In this document: piece after piece, positions 1-14,585 of the stretch | How positions within the stretch are numbered: the stretch's first letter is position 1 | Layout: every line of letters begins with the position of its first letter | From: the human T2T-CHM13v2.0 reference genome, Homo sapiens | DNA length: 64,000 nucleotides | NCBI RefSeq assembly: GCF_009914755.1 | Contig: NC_060932.1 | Strand: one strand, 5' to 3' | Translations under genes and position numbers: made by a program | Notes under the pieces: generated by a model | Told to the model about the DNA's origin: nothing | The model's database searches: none | The model's input: only the letters and a program-made list of their open reading frames with translations

Positions 1-420
1 ACCAGCTGATGAGACATGAATCAGACATAAAAGTTTAATGTAGCAGGAAAGATTGATTTACTCTGAGAATAGAAGCACAGGCTCCTGTTCTACTAAGTGC
101 AATGGTTGGAGGTGGAGTGTTGGGGCTACCTCTGAGGACACCACAGCCTCAGCACCCCCACTGTTCCTGCGGCAGTCACAGGGTCACGCCACTTCCCCGG
201 TGCCACTGTGGGTCCACAGCTGAGCTGCAGCCTTAGAAACATTGTCTATGGGTTGTGTAGTCATACCTTCATCTTCCTCCTGATTTTATAGAAAAAGGAA
301 AAAGAAACAAAAGAATACAAGAAAAGCAAGAGATGAGTTATTTGAGGAATTCCACAAGCCTTGTACGTGTACCAAAAGCCTTCCTAAAACCTTTCCGTGT
401 GTGCTGTTTTGTCATTGCAG

Positions 421-566
421 GTCATGGAGGAATCATAAACACATTACAGAAATATTATTGCAGAGTCAGAGGCGGCCGGTGTGCTGTGCTCAGCTGCCTT
501 CCAAAGGAGGAACAGATCGGCAAGTGCTCGACGCGTGGCCGAAAATGCTGCCGAAGAAAGAAATAA
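421..566 (+). CDS. DEFB103A: Beta-defensin 103 (hBD-3), final coding exon; exon 1 lies upstream of the window
   Basis: Acceptor ttttgtcattgcag ends at 420. The phase-1 exon reads (G)[47 protein letters not shown], which includes mature hBD-3. A and B copies cannot be told apart here. Confidence 0.98.
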
Positions 567-2809
567 AAACCCTGAAACATGACGAGAGTGTTGTAAAGTG
601 TGGAAATGCCTTCTTAAAGTTTATAAAAGTAAAATCAAATTACATTTTTTTTTCAAAAAAAATTAGGAGCTTGATTTTTTTTTTTAAATCTGATTATTTT
701 GGTACTTGTTTCCAAACAGACAACTCAGAAAATCTTAAGGACTCACCTTTCGTTCAAAGAAAGTAGAATCTCTGGAGAAATCTATAAGGGAGCCCAACCT
801 TATTATCCAAGGGTTATCAGGTTCTATTCCTACTTTGTGAACGTTATGCCCCAGTGAAGTTGGACTCTTCACTCTCTTGGAATATGCCCTTTGCTTTCAT
901 GTCATCCAAGCCTTGGGCCTTTTCAGTCCCTCTACCCCAAATGGCATCTGTCCACCAAATCTATCTCTAAGGTTTTCATGCATCCCTCAGGGGCTATCCC
1001 AATTCCTTCCAAAAACTTTGTCTTCAGAGAAATAAGGAAACTGGCTCTTCCTCAGATATTCACTTTGCTTTCTCTCACCCATGCCTCTGCTCTGGTTGAC
1101 CTCATGTCTGCCTCACTCCTCCAACTTCATCTCTAAACTTTAACCTGTCCTTCAGGGACCGTCTCACATTTTATCTCCACCTTAAAAACACAGGTGATTT
1201 CCCAAATGCTTACAGTCTTTCCTCTGGTTCACCACAGGGTTCTGACTTGAGTCCTCCATCTACAACCCTTGCTTGGTTTTTACATTGCGTACAGTGACAT
1301 ATTGCCAATCTCCATATTAGACTTTGTGAGCCTTAAAAGCAAGGAGTTTGTCTTAATTCTTCCTGTACTGCTTGTAAAGTGCCCTGAGCATGAAGGCTGC
1401 TCAACAAGTATTTATGAATTGAAGTACATTCAAACGATTTATTGATTGAATTATCTTTAATCATTCAAATGATTTGGAGGTACTGCAGTTTAACTATCTA
1501 GTGCTCTCTCAACGTTGACGCAGTAGGATTCCAGCAAATGGAGTGTGTGGTTTTTCATACCTGACACCAGACCCCAGTCATGGCTCCATGTATGGAGAAA
1601 AGACAATACAACAAGGCTCTTAGGAAGAAAGGCTCAAGGGCTCAAAAAGATGAGACTGCTCCTCACTTTACATCCAAAATGGCCTCACTGCTATGGGAAT
1701 CTCCCTCTGACAGCAGACAAAAGGGAACCTGTCAAGATGTGTGACAGCTGTGTTCAGACATTGGATAATAAGCAGTGCAACAGACCAATGAAGTGAGACT
1801 TTCGATTGCCCCCAGCTCACTACAGCAGCAGGGTCCAGACCACAGCACACAGAGGAAGACTCAAACGAAGTCCAGCAATCCTGAAGCATTGAAGAGACTG
1901 AAATCAAACTTCCCAAAGCACAAGACACCCCCACTTCCAGGGCAGAATAGCAGAGAGAGGGTGCCTAGAAGGAAGCAAGGCCCCGAAGTGTTGGTGGTGG
2001 GGGCAGGGACACATGGTAAATCTTCAGTCCTGGGCTGTGTTTTCATGTGAGCACGCTTGGGGTAAGACTTCACAAGGCTAGAGGCAAAGAAAAACACCCA
2101 AAAGGGATTGGATAACAATTTTAGGAGCACTAAAGGCTGGAAAAATTTTCATTCCCACTAGCAAAGTGGAGAGACTGCAGAGTCCTTGGGCAACTAACAC
2201 ATTAGTAGTAGTGCTATTTGGCTCTAGATTAAATTGTTCTGCAACCACTCTAACAAATTTTTTTCTAAACCATTCTTGAAAGGACCAGACTGATCTATGA
2301 GAAACTTAAATGTGGGACAGAATAAAGCCTAACGTTCTTCAAAGAAAAACAACTAAATCCATCACTCAACAGTTTGTGCTTTATAGCACACTGAATCTAA
2401 TAAAAAATTAGCTGCTATGCAGGAAAATATGGTCATAATCAAGAGAAAAATCATTCAGTAAAAACAGATCCAGAAATGACAAGGATACTAGGATCAGCAA
2501 AAAAAGATTTAAATGAGCTATTATAAATGTTATAAATATGTCCAAGTTTGAAGAGAAAAACTGTTCATGATGAGTGAGAGATATAAAGAGACAAATGGAA
2601 TTTCCAGAGATTAAAAATAAACATCTGAGTAAAAGATACTATGAATTGGATTGTGGCATATATTCCAAAATAAAGATCAGTAAACCTGAGTTTATATTAC
2701 TACAAATGAATGAAGAAATAGTACAAAGAGAGGAGAAAAGGGCTGGAAAATAATAAGCAGTGACCTGTGCAGAAACATCAAGCAATCTAGCAACTATGTG
2801 TGTTTAGAC

Positions 2810-3106
<297 letters not shown>

Positions 3107-3300
3107 GTTTTGAGAGAGAGGATAGAGCTAAGGAAGGAATGGCCTATTGTTTTCCAAATTTGGTGAGACTATAAACACACAAATTTACCACATGAAGACA
3201 TCCAAGTTGAAATATGAAACATGAAGAAAACCACATGAAACATATCATAATCAAATTATTTTAAATCAGTAATAAAAAGAAAATTTTAAAAGCAGCCTGA

Positions 3301-3610
3301 GGGCGGGCACAGCGGCTCATGCCTGTAATCCCAGCACTTTGGGAGGCCAAGGTGAGCGGATCACCTGAGGTCAGCAGTTTGAGACCAGCCTGGCCAACAT
3401 GGTAAAACCCTGTCTCTACTAAAAAAAAAATACAAAAATTAGCCAGGCATGGTGGCACGCACCTATAATCCTAGGTTACTCAAGAAGCTGAGGCAGGAGA
3501 ATCTCTTGAACCCAGGAGGCGGAGATGGCAGTGAGCCGAGATCACCCTACTGCACTCCAGCCTGAGCAACAGAGAGAGACTGCGTCTCAAAAACAAAAAT
3601 AAAACTAAAA
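3301..3610 (+). mobile_element. AluS element
   Basis: Full dimer; flanking aaaagcagcctga/aaaagcagtctga TSD. Confidence 0.95.
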
Positions 3611-5087
3611 AGCAGTCTGAAAGGAGACATATTACTTACAGAAGAACAAAACGTTAAGTGTTATCTTCAAATGCCGAAAGAAAAAAAATGTTCTCTTAGA
3701 AATCCACCCCAGCAAAAGTATATTTCTAAAAAAAGGGTAAACACATAATCAAATAATAAGTAAAGGCATTTTCCAGTAACAACAATAAAAGCTAAGAGAA
3801 TTCCTCACCAGCCAGTCTGTACTATAAAATGCAAAGATAAGTTTTTTGGCAGAAAGGGAAGATGCTAGGTAGAAATTTGATTCCATATGATGAAAAGAGC
3901 ATGCTGTGAACATTCTAGAAGCTCCTTAAAGAGAGAGATTGTCAGTTCAGTAAAAAGCAAGACCCAACTACATGCTGTCTATAAAAACCCACTTTATATA
4001 TAAACTTTAAGAACAAACTTAGAGTAAAAATAAAAGGATGGAAAGAGATATAATATGAAAACATTAGTATAAAGAAAATAGGATTGGCTATACTGGCTCA
4101 TTGACATAAATTAGGGTAGATTTTAGAGCAAGGGGTATTATCAGTAATAGGGAGAGATATTTTTCCTAATGATAAAGTGGTTACATCACCAAGAACAGAT
4201 ATTAATATTAAATCAGTGTGTGCCCCTAATAACAGAATTTTGAAATTCTTAAAGAAAAATCAATAGACATTAAAGAAATAGACAAATTAGCAATTGCAAT
4301 TAGACAATTCAACCCTTTTCTTCCTGTAAGAGATTTTTTAAAGCAGACAAAATATTAGTAAAGGTAGAGAAGTCTTGAGCAACGCTACCGTCCAGCACAA
4401 CCTATTTGAGATTTATAGAACACTCTACCAAATAACAGCAGAATGCATTAAAATATTACCCAATAGAGCTCATACTAACCTATGAAACGTCTCAAAAAAT
4501 CAACATAGTTTAAAGTTATACAAAAGACAGTGTCTATCTACAGTGGAATTTACAAAACTATCAATACAGAGAGTCATCTGGAAAAATCTCCATATATTGG
4601 GACATCAATGAACATGTATCTAAATGGTCCAGAGGAGAAATCACAAGATACTTTAGAAAATATGTTCAACTGATAGAAAATGAAACCATAACATATCAAA
4701 ATTTGCGGAAGTGCCACTAAAGTGGCTCTTGGAGACAAATTTATAATTAAATGCTATTATGATAGAAAGCAGAAAAGCTCACAAATAGACAATTTAAGTT
4801 TCCACTGTAAGAAACGGTAAGGGAAAAGGGAACAAACTAAACCCAAAGTAAATAAGAAAAAGAAAAAAAAAGAGAAAAAGAAAAAGTGAATAAAAAGAAA
4901 CTGGACACAAAAAAACATTAAAAATTAGTAAATAAAAGCTGATTCCTTGAGAGGATCCATACAATTGTGAGAACTCTCAATAGGTTCATTAAGGGGTAAA
5001 GAAATTACTGTAAGTCTCAGGTGCACACCCAGGCTTCAGGCAGGCAGGAAACAGATTACATCTGCGTTTTAGGGTCATATAGACGAG

Positions 5088-5106
5088 CCGCCACGAGGTG
5101 GCAGTA
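5088..5106 (+). promoter_or_regulatory. Candidate CTCF site (copy A)
   Basis: CCGCCACGAGGTGGCAGTA fits the CTCF core; identical in copy B at 31555-31573. Confidence 0.65.
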
Positions 5107-5499
5107 ACTGCGCACTCATTCCCTCACCTCCTGCAAGACCAGGCCAGCCCAGGCTCTGGACTCACCACTCAGCTCAGAAGATGGAAGAGGGTGACAGTAG
5201 CTCCATGGACTTTGGCTTTAGGCAGAGCGTTACTGTAGCTTTGGGGTTGTAGGAGGATGAAGAGGGGAGGTTATCAGGACACCATGATGATTGTGTGGCG
5301 CTGGTTAGGAACATGGGCTTTGAAGAGAGGGGGATTTTATTTCAAATTGCATCTTTGCCACTTAGTAGCCAGGTGACCTTGAACGTGTCCTCCAACCTTT
5401 CCATGCCCCAGGACCTGCCTCTGTAAACTTGCGTAATACCTACCTGGCAGGCTTGTTTCTGAGGATTTAATAAGATAACTAATATAAAAATGGCCATAG

Positions 5500-7161
5500 C
5501 AGGGCTGGCCGCAAAATTCCTAAGTTTCAGTGCGAAATGGAAATGCAGGGTACCATGGTTTAAAGAGCAGAAAAAGAAAGTGTAATGAAAGGCAGTAGGA
5601 TATTAAGCTTTTTCAAACAAATATTTTTCATTGTTTGAAAAATGTAATAGTTATACAGGAGTAATGACAGAATCTTACAAATCTCCACCAGAAATTAATT
5701 TCATAGTTTTAATAGAATAAAAATACTACTCTATTAATTGGATTTAGATGAATCATACAATTTTTCTGGCCCACTTTTCTGTCAAATAATATATTAGGAC
5801 AACAAACTTTATACCTTGAGCAACTTCATTTTATCTTTTGGGAAGAATCTGCTGAAGCCACTGTTTCTGGAATATATTCCAAGCTGTGACAACATGAGGA
5901 TAAATTATTTTGAAACAGATTTTAGTATATCTGGAGCTGGTGATTCTTGTGAAACAATTTGTCTCAAAAGATTTAACTCTTTAAACAAATCAGTTTCATG
6001 TAAATTTGAATCTAATTTTAAGTGTCAATTTCTCCAGCGGAATTTTGATGCATCTTCTGACATGTTCTGTAAGTTGCAGAGGCCCACAGCAGACCAATAT
6101 GGCATCATGATTTGTAACTTATTCAAAACCCCTGTTTATGAATTCTATTGCTATGTATTTATTAACAAGAAAAACTTAATTTTTAAAATTGCCCTCCTTG
6201 TTCATAATTGATTAATCAGAAGGTTTTTGTTTGTTTGTTTGTTTGTTTTTTGTTTTTTGACAAGGTCTGTATTTTTCAGGCTGGAGTGCAGTGCTACGAT
6301 CATTGCTCACTACAGCCTCAAACTCCTGGACTCATGTAATCCTCATACCTCAGCCTCCCAAGAAGCTAAGGCTACGATCATGTGACACTATGGCCAGCTA
6401 ATCTTTATTATCTTTATTATCATTATTTGTAGAGATGGTGTCTAGTTATACTGCCCAAGCTAGTATCCAACACCTGGCCTCAAGGAATCCTCTGACCTGA
6501 ACCTCACAACGTGCTGGGATAACAGGCGTGAACCACCATGCCTGGCCCATCAGAAGTTTTATACAAATATAGCATCCTTCTCTGTTGAATGTGACTACTA
6601 TTACATGTTTAATTTCCATTTCTGAGCCTTGGATAATGCCTTAAAGAATTCTAAACTCTCTGAAGAATTCCAAGAACTTCCTGGTATACTTTATTGCAAT
6701 GTCCATGGGCACACTTTTGTTTTGTGCTTCTCTCCTCCCAGTTTGCTATCTGAGCACCTATGGTTCCTGTCCTGGTGCTCAGGTCAGGGGGTAAATCTTT
6801 GTGCAGAAGCTCCAAGGATGACTCTGAGAATGCACAGGCACAGAGGTGTCAGTGCTGCCTCCACACAGAGACACTCCATTCACCCCAGGGCTGAGGACAC
6901 CTGCTGCTGCTGCTGCTGCTGCCACCTCCCATCCCAGTCCAGATGTGCCTGGGCTGCTCCAAGAATGCCTATGCTCAGGGCAGCAAAGCTCTAGAACGTC
7001 CCTGGGCCTGAGCCTGCCCAACTTGTCTCCCCTCATAGCCACTCTTCCCATGTGCCTGCTCCATTGTCCTCAGTAAGCTTCACTTACAAAACACAAGTTC
7101 AAAGAAAAAACTAAGAAAGTCAGGGAGCTATCAGCAGAGCCTGACACCAGGTACCGGCCCT
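5500..7161 (-). mobile_element. hAT (Tip100-like) DNA transposon relic with transposase dimerization-domain remnant
   Basis: Ends CAGGGCTGG...CCGGCCCT look like TIRs. Minus-strand fragments IYPHVVTAWNI and IPETVASADS resemble the hAT motif TIPVTVASAERSFS. Right boundary less certain. Confidence 0.65.
6222..6547 (-). mobile_element. AluJ-like element (pre-duplication)
   Basis: Highly diverged Alu with atcagaag TSD; the same insertion is in copy B (32690-32995). Confidence 0.85.
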
Positions 7162-8520
7162 TCTCAGAGCAGATTCGTGTGTCACTGCCCTGCCTTCAAG
7201 CCCATGAAGCTGGCTCTGCCTCCAGAATTGAGAACCAGTAAAACTGCTTCTGTTACTTAACATTGAGGACATAATGCAGAGAAACTTTGTTTTCTAAATC
7301 ATAGAGATGAGAGAGTTTGCTTTCTGGGAGCCTATCTATAAGAATGAGGCTTCCCACTCTTGCCTGGGGAACTGAACCATTTTGCCACAAAGAAACAGCC
7401 TGAAATTCTCTCCCCAGTTATAGAGATAGGTTTGGGGACACAGCACAGGTCATGTTTCATTAAAAGACAGCATAGTGAGTCTATTTGTCAGTTAGACTTG
7501 ATGGTTCCCATTTTACACACAACCTGGCTTTGCTTTTAGCTCATTAAGAAAAAGAAAAGTCATGTATATTTTACCAAATCTTGACATGTCCCCAAATCCT
7601 AGAATTGCTGCATCTCTGGTTTTGGTGAAGAGCCCCATGGTTCTGCCAGTGGATGGTCTTCCTTGCTGAAGCAAGATCATAACCCTACCTTTAAAACAAA
7701 GATGCCCCTCTATTGGTCCTTATCAAACACACTTCATCACTAGGATGAACACAGCTGTGAAGGAGTCACACTGGGCTGTGCCAGGAGAAAAGAAACAGCT
7801 GCAACCGTAGGAATCTTCATGGGAACAGTCAGCCCAGCTGTCCTTGAGCAACCAGGCACATATTCCCTAAGCCTTGGTGGCTTCTTCCCCAGGGACACAG
7901 GTGCTGCATTTCACAGTGACTTTCCTATTTCAGAGTAATTTCACCTCCTTCTCTAACAAGGCCTCACAAATGTACTGAGAGCTAGAGAGGACAACAAGTG
8001 AAAAACCACAGTGCTATCGGTGGTTCCTGGGATTGGAACAGGTTTGTAGGAAAAATTCACTCTCTTTTATGGGTGAGTTTTTAAATGTGAGTGTATTACT
8101 TTTATAATAATAATGTTAAGCATGGTAGTCATTAAGAATGTATCGATCAGGAATGAAGTCTCACGTGAAAAAGATGGCAACCAGGCCCTTAATTCAAACT
8201 CTAAGCCCCAATAAGGTTCTTCTCATAGTACCATGACATTTCCTTAAGAATATTTACTCAACAAATTAAGAGACATGACAACCTGATTTGATGTGCAAAT
8301 CTAGATTAAACATGTATCCAGAAACATCAACAGCCATGAAGCCATGGTTGGAACAATTGGAGAAATGTGAAATATTGACAAGATAATAAATAACATTGAG
8401 GAACTAGTTTTCTTAATGTGTGTAAATTGTATTGTGTTTGATGTGGAAATGTCCCCTCATATGTAAGAGATTCTGCTGAGATAATTACAGTGAAGTGTCA
8501 TGATGTTTGCGTCTTTCTTT

Positions 8521-10767
<2,247 letters not shown>

Positions 10768-11084
10768 TGCCTCTTACTTTCTAAAGGTGACATAGCAAAT
10801 ATACAAAAAAAAATAAATAAATTATTAATTTAGGTAGAGCACATAAAGGCTTTATTTCATATTCCATTTCTCTGTATGCTTTCTTCACCAGGAAGAAATA
10901 GTTTTAGTGTCAGGAATGAATGAGTCTGCCCCTCAATTCCAGCCTGCTCAACACACAAGGAAACAAAGCCCTGACAATCAGAGTGACTCCCTGGTGACTA
11001 AGCTCCAGTCCTGGATGCATATTTGTTTAGCAGTTCTGACAGCATTTGACCCAGCCCTCTCTTTGCATACCCCATCAGAACCTT

Positions 11085-11326
11085 CTTTTTTTTTTTTTTC
11101 TTTGAGACTGAGTCTTGCTCTGTCGGAAGCGACTCCTGTGCCTCAGCCTCCCAAATACCTGGAATTATAGGCGTAAGCCATCATGCCTGGCTAATTTTTG
11201 TATTTTTCATGGAGATGGGGTTTTGCCATGTTGGTCAAATTGGTCTCACACTCCTGACCTCATGTGATCCACCTGCCTCAGCCTCCCAAACTGCTGGGAT
11301 GACAGGTGTAAGCCACCATGCTAGGC
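11085..11326 (-). mobile_element. Alu with internal deletion
   Basis: Poly-T then Alu arms, missing part of the right arm; absent from copy B (~35430). Confidence 0.9.
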
Positions 11327-11455
11327 TCAGAAATTTCCTTTTATAAAAATGTCATTAAGGATCTTGGCTGCACAATATCGTTACCAGCTTCCTTTAAATC
11401 CACCTCTGGCCTGCCAGGAATCAGGGTTCTTCAGAACCTGACATTTTAAATGAAG

Positions 11456-11470
11456 AGGTCAGGCAGGTCA
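11456..11470 (+). promoter_or_regulatory. Vitamin D response element (DR3) of DEFB4
   Basis: AGGTCA-ggc-AGGTCA, a perfect DR3 about 1.2 kb upstream of exon 1, consistent with the known DEFB4 VDRE. Confidence 0.85.
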
Positions 11471-12091
11471 TGAGGAAAGCCTCATTGTCCCCATGTCTCT
11501 GTCACTGCTGCACCCCTGAGACATCACAGACATGGACACTGGGGCCTGCTTGTTTCTCAAACTGCCCTTAGATCGAAAGAGGGAGGAACCAGGATGAATG
11601 CCACTCATTTTCCCAAGAAAGGCCCTCTCCTGAGTGCCCGGGATGGGGCTCTGTCCATTGCCTGGGGCCGCCAATTGCTACTCTGGTTTACGGAGGAAGG
11701 ACAGGGTCCTGAGAGACACCAGAGACCTCACACAGCCCTGAAAACATGGGGCTCCTTCATAAGTGTTTCCCATCACCAACAGGGAGACCACGTGGAGGTC
11801 TTGCAGCCCCACTCGGTGCTTCTCCACCAAATCCCAAGGGCAGTGACGCTGACGTCTGTGGAAAGCAGAGAAAGCCCTGGCTCCCAAAGCCCTGAAGTCC
11901 TGTGGAGCTGACATTCCCTGAGTGACGGTGTGAATGGAAGGAACTCAAGTGCGGGTGGTAGGCCACCTCCTGGCCCAGGCCTGGGTGAACTCTGAGGGGA
12001 CACATGTAGTCACAATCCCATCCTCCCATTCTCCTTCTCAGAGGAAGGAAGTGGGCATCCATCTGCCTCATCTCTCTCCCGTGGGGAAGAT

Positions 12092-12113
12092 GGGGAGTTT
12101 CAGGGGAACTTTC
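12092..12113 (+). promoter_or_regulatory. Distal tandem NF-kB sites of DEFB4
   Basis: GGGGAGTTTC and GGGAACTTTC. Confidence 0.7.
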
Positions 12114-12482
12114 ACATAAATTTCACCAGCTCAGATCTCCTGTGAGGATGGGGCCCACCATGCTCCCGGTGCTGCCAGAGGCCCTGAGCCCCTCCCAGGG
12201 TCCCTGGGTTTGAGCCAGCCCTGTATCATCCCCAGGAGCTGAATGTCCGAGCAATGGATAGAATTAGATGGAAAGAGCTCTCAATTTGGCCTGAGACTGT
12301 CCCCAGATACTCAGGAAAAACAGGACGTCGCACAGAGTGGGCAGCAGGTGAGTGGCAGGTTATAGGTCCTGAGTTTGAGTTTGTTCTCACGTGAGACAGA
12401 CCCAGCCCCTCACTCCATTCACACACTGGGTTTTAAATGGTGCAAGATAGGAGCAATTTTCTGGTCCCAAGAGCAGGAGGAA

Positions 12483-12662
12483 GGGATTTTCTGGGGTTTC
12501 CTGAGTCCAGATTTGCATAAGATCTCCTGAGTGTGCATTGTTCTTTGAGGACCATTCTCTGACTCACCAGGTAAGTGGCTGAATTCTAACCTCTGTAATG
12601 AGCATTGCACCCAATACCAGTTCTGAACTCTACCTGGTGACCAGGGACCAGGACCTTTATAA
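12483..12662 (+). promoter_or_regulatory. DEFB4 proximal promoter (NF-kB x2, C/EBP, AP-1, TATA)
   Basis: GGGATTTTCT+GGGGTTTCCT 12483-12502; TTTGCATAA 12512-12520; TGACTCA 12560-12566; TATAA 12658-12662. Confidence 0.85.
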
Positions 12663-12722
12663 GGTGGAAGGCTTGATGTCCTCCCCAGACTCAGCTCCTG
12701 GTGAAGCTCCCAGCCATCAGCC

Positions 12723-12780
12723 ATGAGGGTCTTGTATCTCCTCTTCTCGTTCCTCTTCATATTCCTGATGCCTCTTCCAG
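12723..12780 (+). CDS. DEFB4A: Beta-defensin 4 (hBD-2) exon 1, signal peptide
   Basis: 58-nt exon [19 protein letters not shown]+G followed by a GTGAG donor. Confidence 0.98.
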
Positions 12781-13758
12781 GTGAGATGGGCCAGGGAAAT
12801 AGGAGGGTTGGCCAAATGGAAGAATGGCGTAGAAGTTCTCTGTCTCCTCTCATTCCCCTCCACCTATCTCTCCCTCATCCCTCTCTCTCCTTCCTCTCTC
12901 TGTGTGTCCCCTCCATCCTTTTCTCCTGCTTCTCTCTCTTCTTCCCTCTCTCTCTTTTTTTCTGTCTTTCTTTTTCCTCTCTCCCTAGAGCATGTCTTTC
13001 TTTCTTTCTCTTTCCTTTCTTCTACCCACACTTTTAGACTGAATGCCCTATTTAATTGAACCAAGCATTGCTTCCTTCAATAGAAAAGGAGTTTGAGAAC
13101 CCAATGGACACCTCACTCGTTCTTCTAAGCCAATATGAAGGAGCCCAGTAGCTTGTAAATATCATCTCTTCACTGCTTTCCATGCTACAACTGCTGAGAC
13201 TATGGTTGAAACCTGTTAGGTGACTTTTTAAATAAAAGGCAGAAATTTTGATTTTATCTAAAGAAAGTAGTATAGAATGTCATTTTCTAAATTTTTATAT
13301 TTAAAGGGTAGATACTGCAACCTAGAGAATTCCAGATAATCTTAAGGCCCAGCCTATACTGTGAGAACTACTGCAGCAGACACTCTGCCCCCAGGACTTT
13401 TCTGATCAGAGGCCCTGAGAACAGTCCCTGCCACTAGGCCACTGCAGGTTCACAGGACAGGGACAGCCCATTGAAACCAACTTTTAAACCTGGATGCCTA
13501 ACCTTCATTTTCTCCTTGATATTATGAAAATAAAATAAAAACCATGAAAGGATAAAAGAGGGAGAGTGGAAGGGAAGGATGGAGAAAGGGAAAAAGAAAA
13601 TTTGAGAGTAAATCCTAAAACAATTAATCTAATAGATATCATCTTGTGAAATCCTCATTTTACCAATCTTATTTATGAGTCCTGGGTTTTGTGAGAACAA
13701 TGGGGTTCTGAGAGGCACCAGAGACCTCATGTTTTCCAAAACCTAGAACAGTATAATG

Positions 13759-13856
13759 AAGGAAGGCGGGGAGGCAGGGAGGCAGGGAGGCAGGGAGGCG
13801 GGCAGGTGGGGAGGGAGGGAGGGAAGGAGGGAGGGAGGGAGGGAGGGAGGGAGGGA
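13759..13856 (+). repeat. G-rich (GGGA/GGCA)n simple repeat in the DEFB4 intron
   Basis: Runs of ggcagggag and ggga. Confidence 0.9.
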
Positions 13857-14448
13857 TAAAAAAAGAAGAATGAGGTTGAAACCAGGACTTAGATATTAGA
13901 AACAAACCATTACAAAATTTATTTCTATGGTTAATTGTGGTTTTCAACTGTAAGTTACTTGGTGTTAATTTCCTATTAAACAATTTCAGTAAGTTGCATC
14001 TTTTTATCCCATCTCAGATCAAATACTTAACAGACTAAATGATTTGAAAAAGCAAAAGTTTACTGGCTTGTGTGTGTTAAAATGGAGGTATGGTGGCTTT
14101 GATATTATCTTCTTGTGGTGGAGCTGAATTCACAAGAGATCGTTGCTGAGCTCCTACCAGACCCCACCTGGAGGCCCCAGTCACTCAGGAGAGATCAGGG
14201 TCTTTCACAATCAGGTTCTACAAAAATAAACATCCCCCAAACCACAGCAGTGCCAGTTTCCATGTCAGAAACTTAGATCCAAATGACTGACTCGCGTCTC
14301 ATTATCATGATGGAAAAGCCCAGGCTTGAGAAAGAAGCCCGCTGCGGATTTACTCAAGGCGATACTGACACAGGGTTTGTGTTTTTCCAACATGAGTTTT
14401 GAGTTCTTACACGCTGTTTGCTCTTTTTGTGTGTTTTTTCCCTGTTAG

Positions 14449-14585
14449 GTGTTTTTGGTGGTATAGGCGATCCTGTTACCTGCCTTAAGAGTGGAGCCAT
14501 ATGTCATCCAGTCTTTTGCCCTAGAAGGTATAAACAAATTGGCACCTGTGGTCTCCCTGGAACAAAATGCTGCAAAAAGCCATGA
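14449..14585 (+). CDS. DEFB4A: Beta-defensin 4 (hBD-2) exon 2
   Basis: Acceptor ccctgttag; (G)[44 protein letters not shown]; 58+137=195 nt, 64 aa; ATTAAA at 14663. Confidence 0.98.

Noticed and set aside
333-420. N-terminal extension of the 77-aa ORF 333..566
   Set aside because: Open intron sequence before the acceptor at 420; the true start is in the upstream exon.
6629-7076. Poly-Ala/poly-Cys ORFs (also 33195-33605)
   Set aside because: Produced by a short (CTG)n tract inside the transposon relic; starts and stops differ between the copies.
12781-13064. ORFs reading through DEFB4 exon 1 into the CT-rich tract
   Set aside because: Low-complexity intron following a canonical donor.
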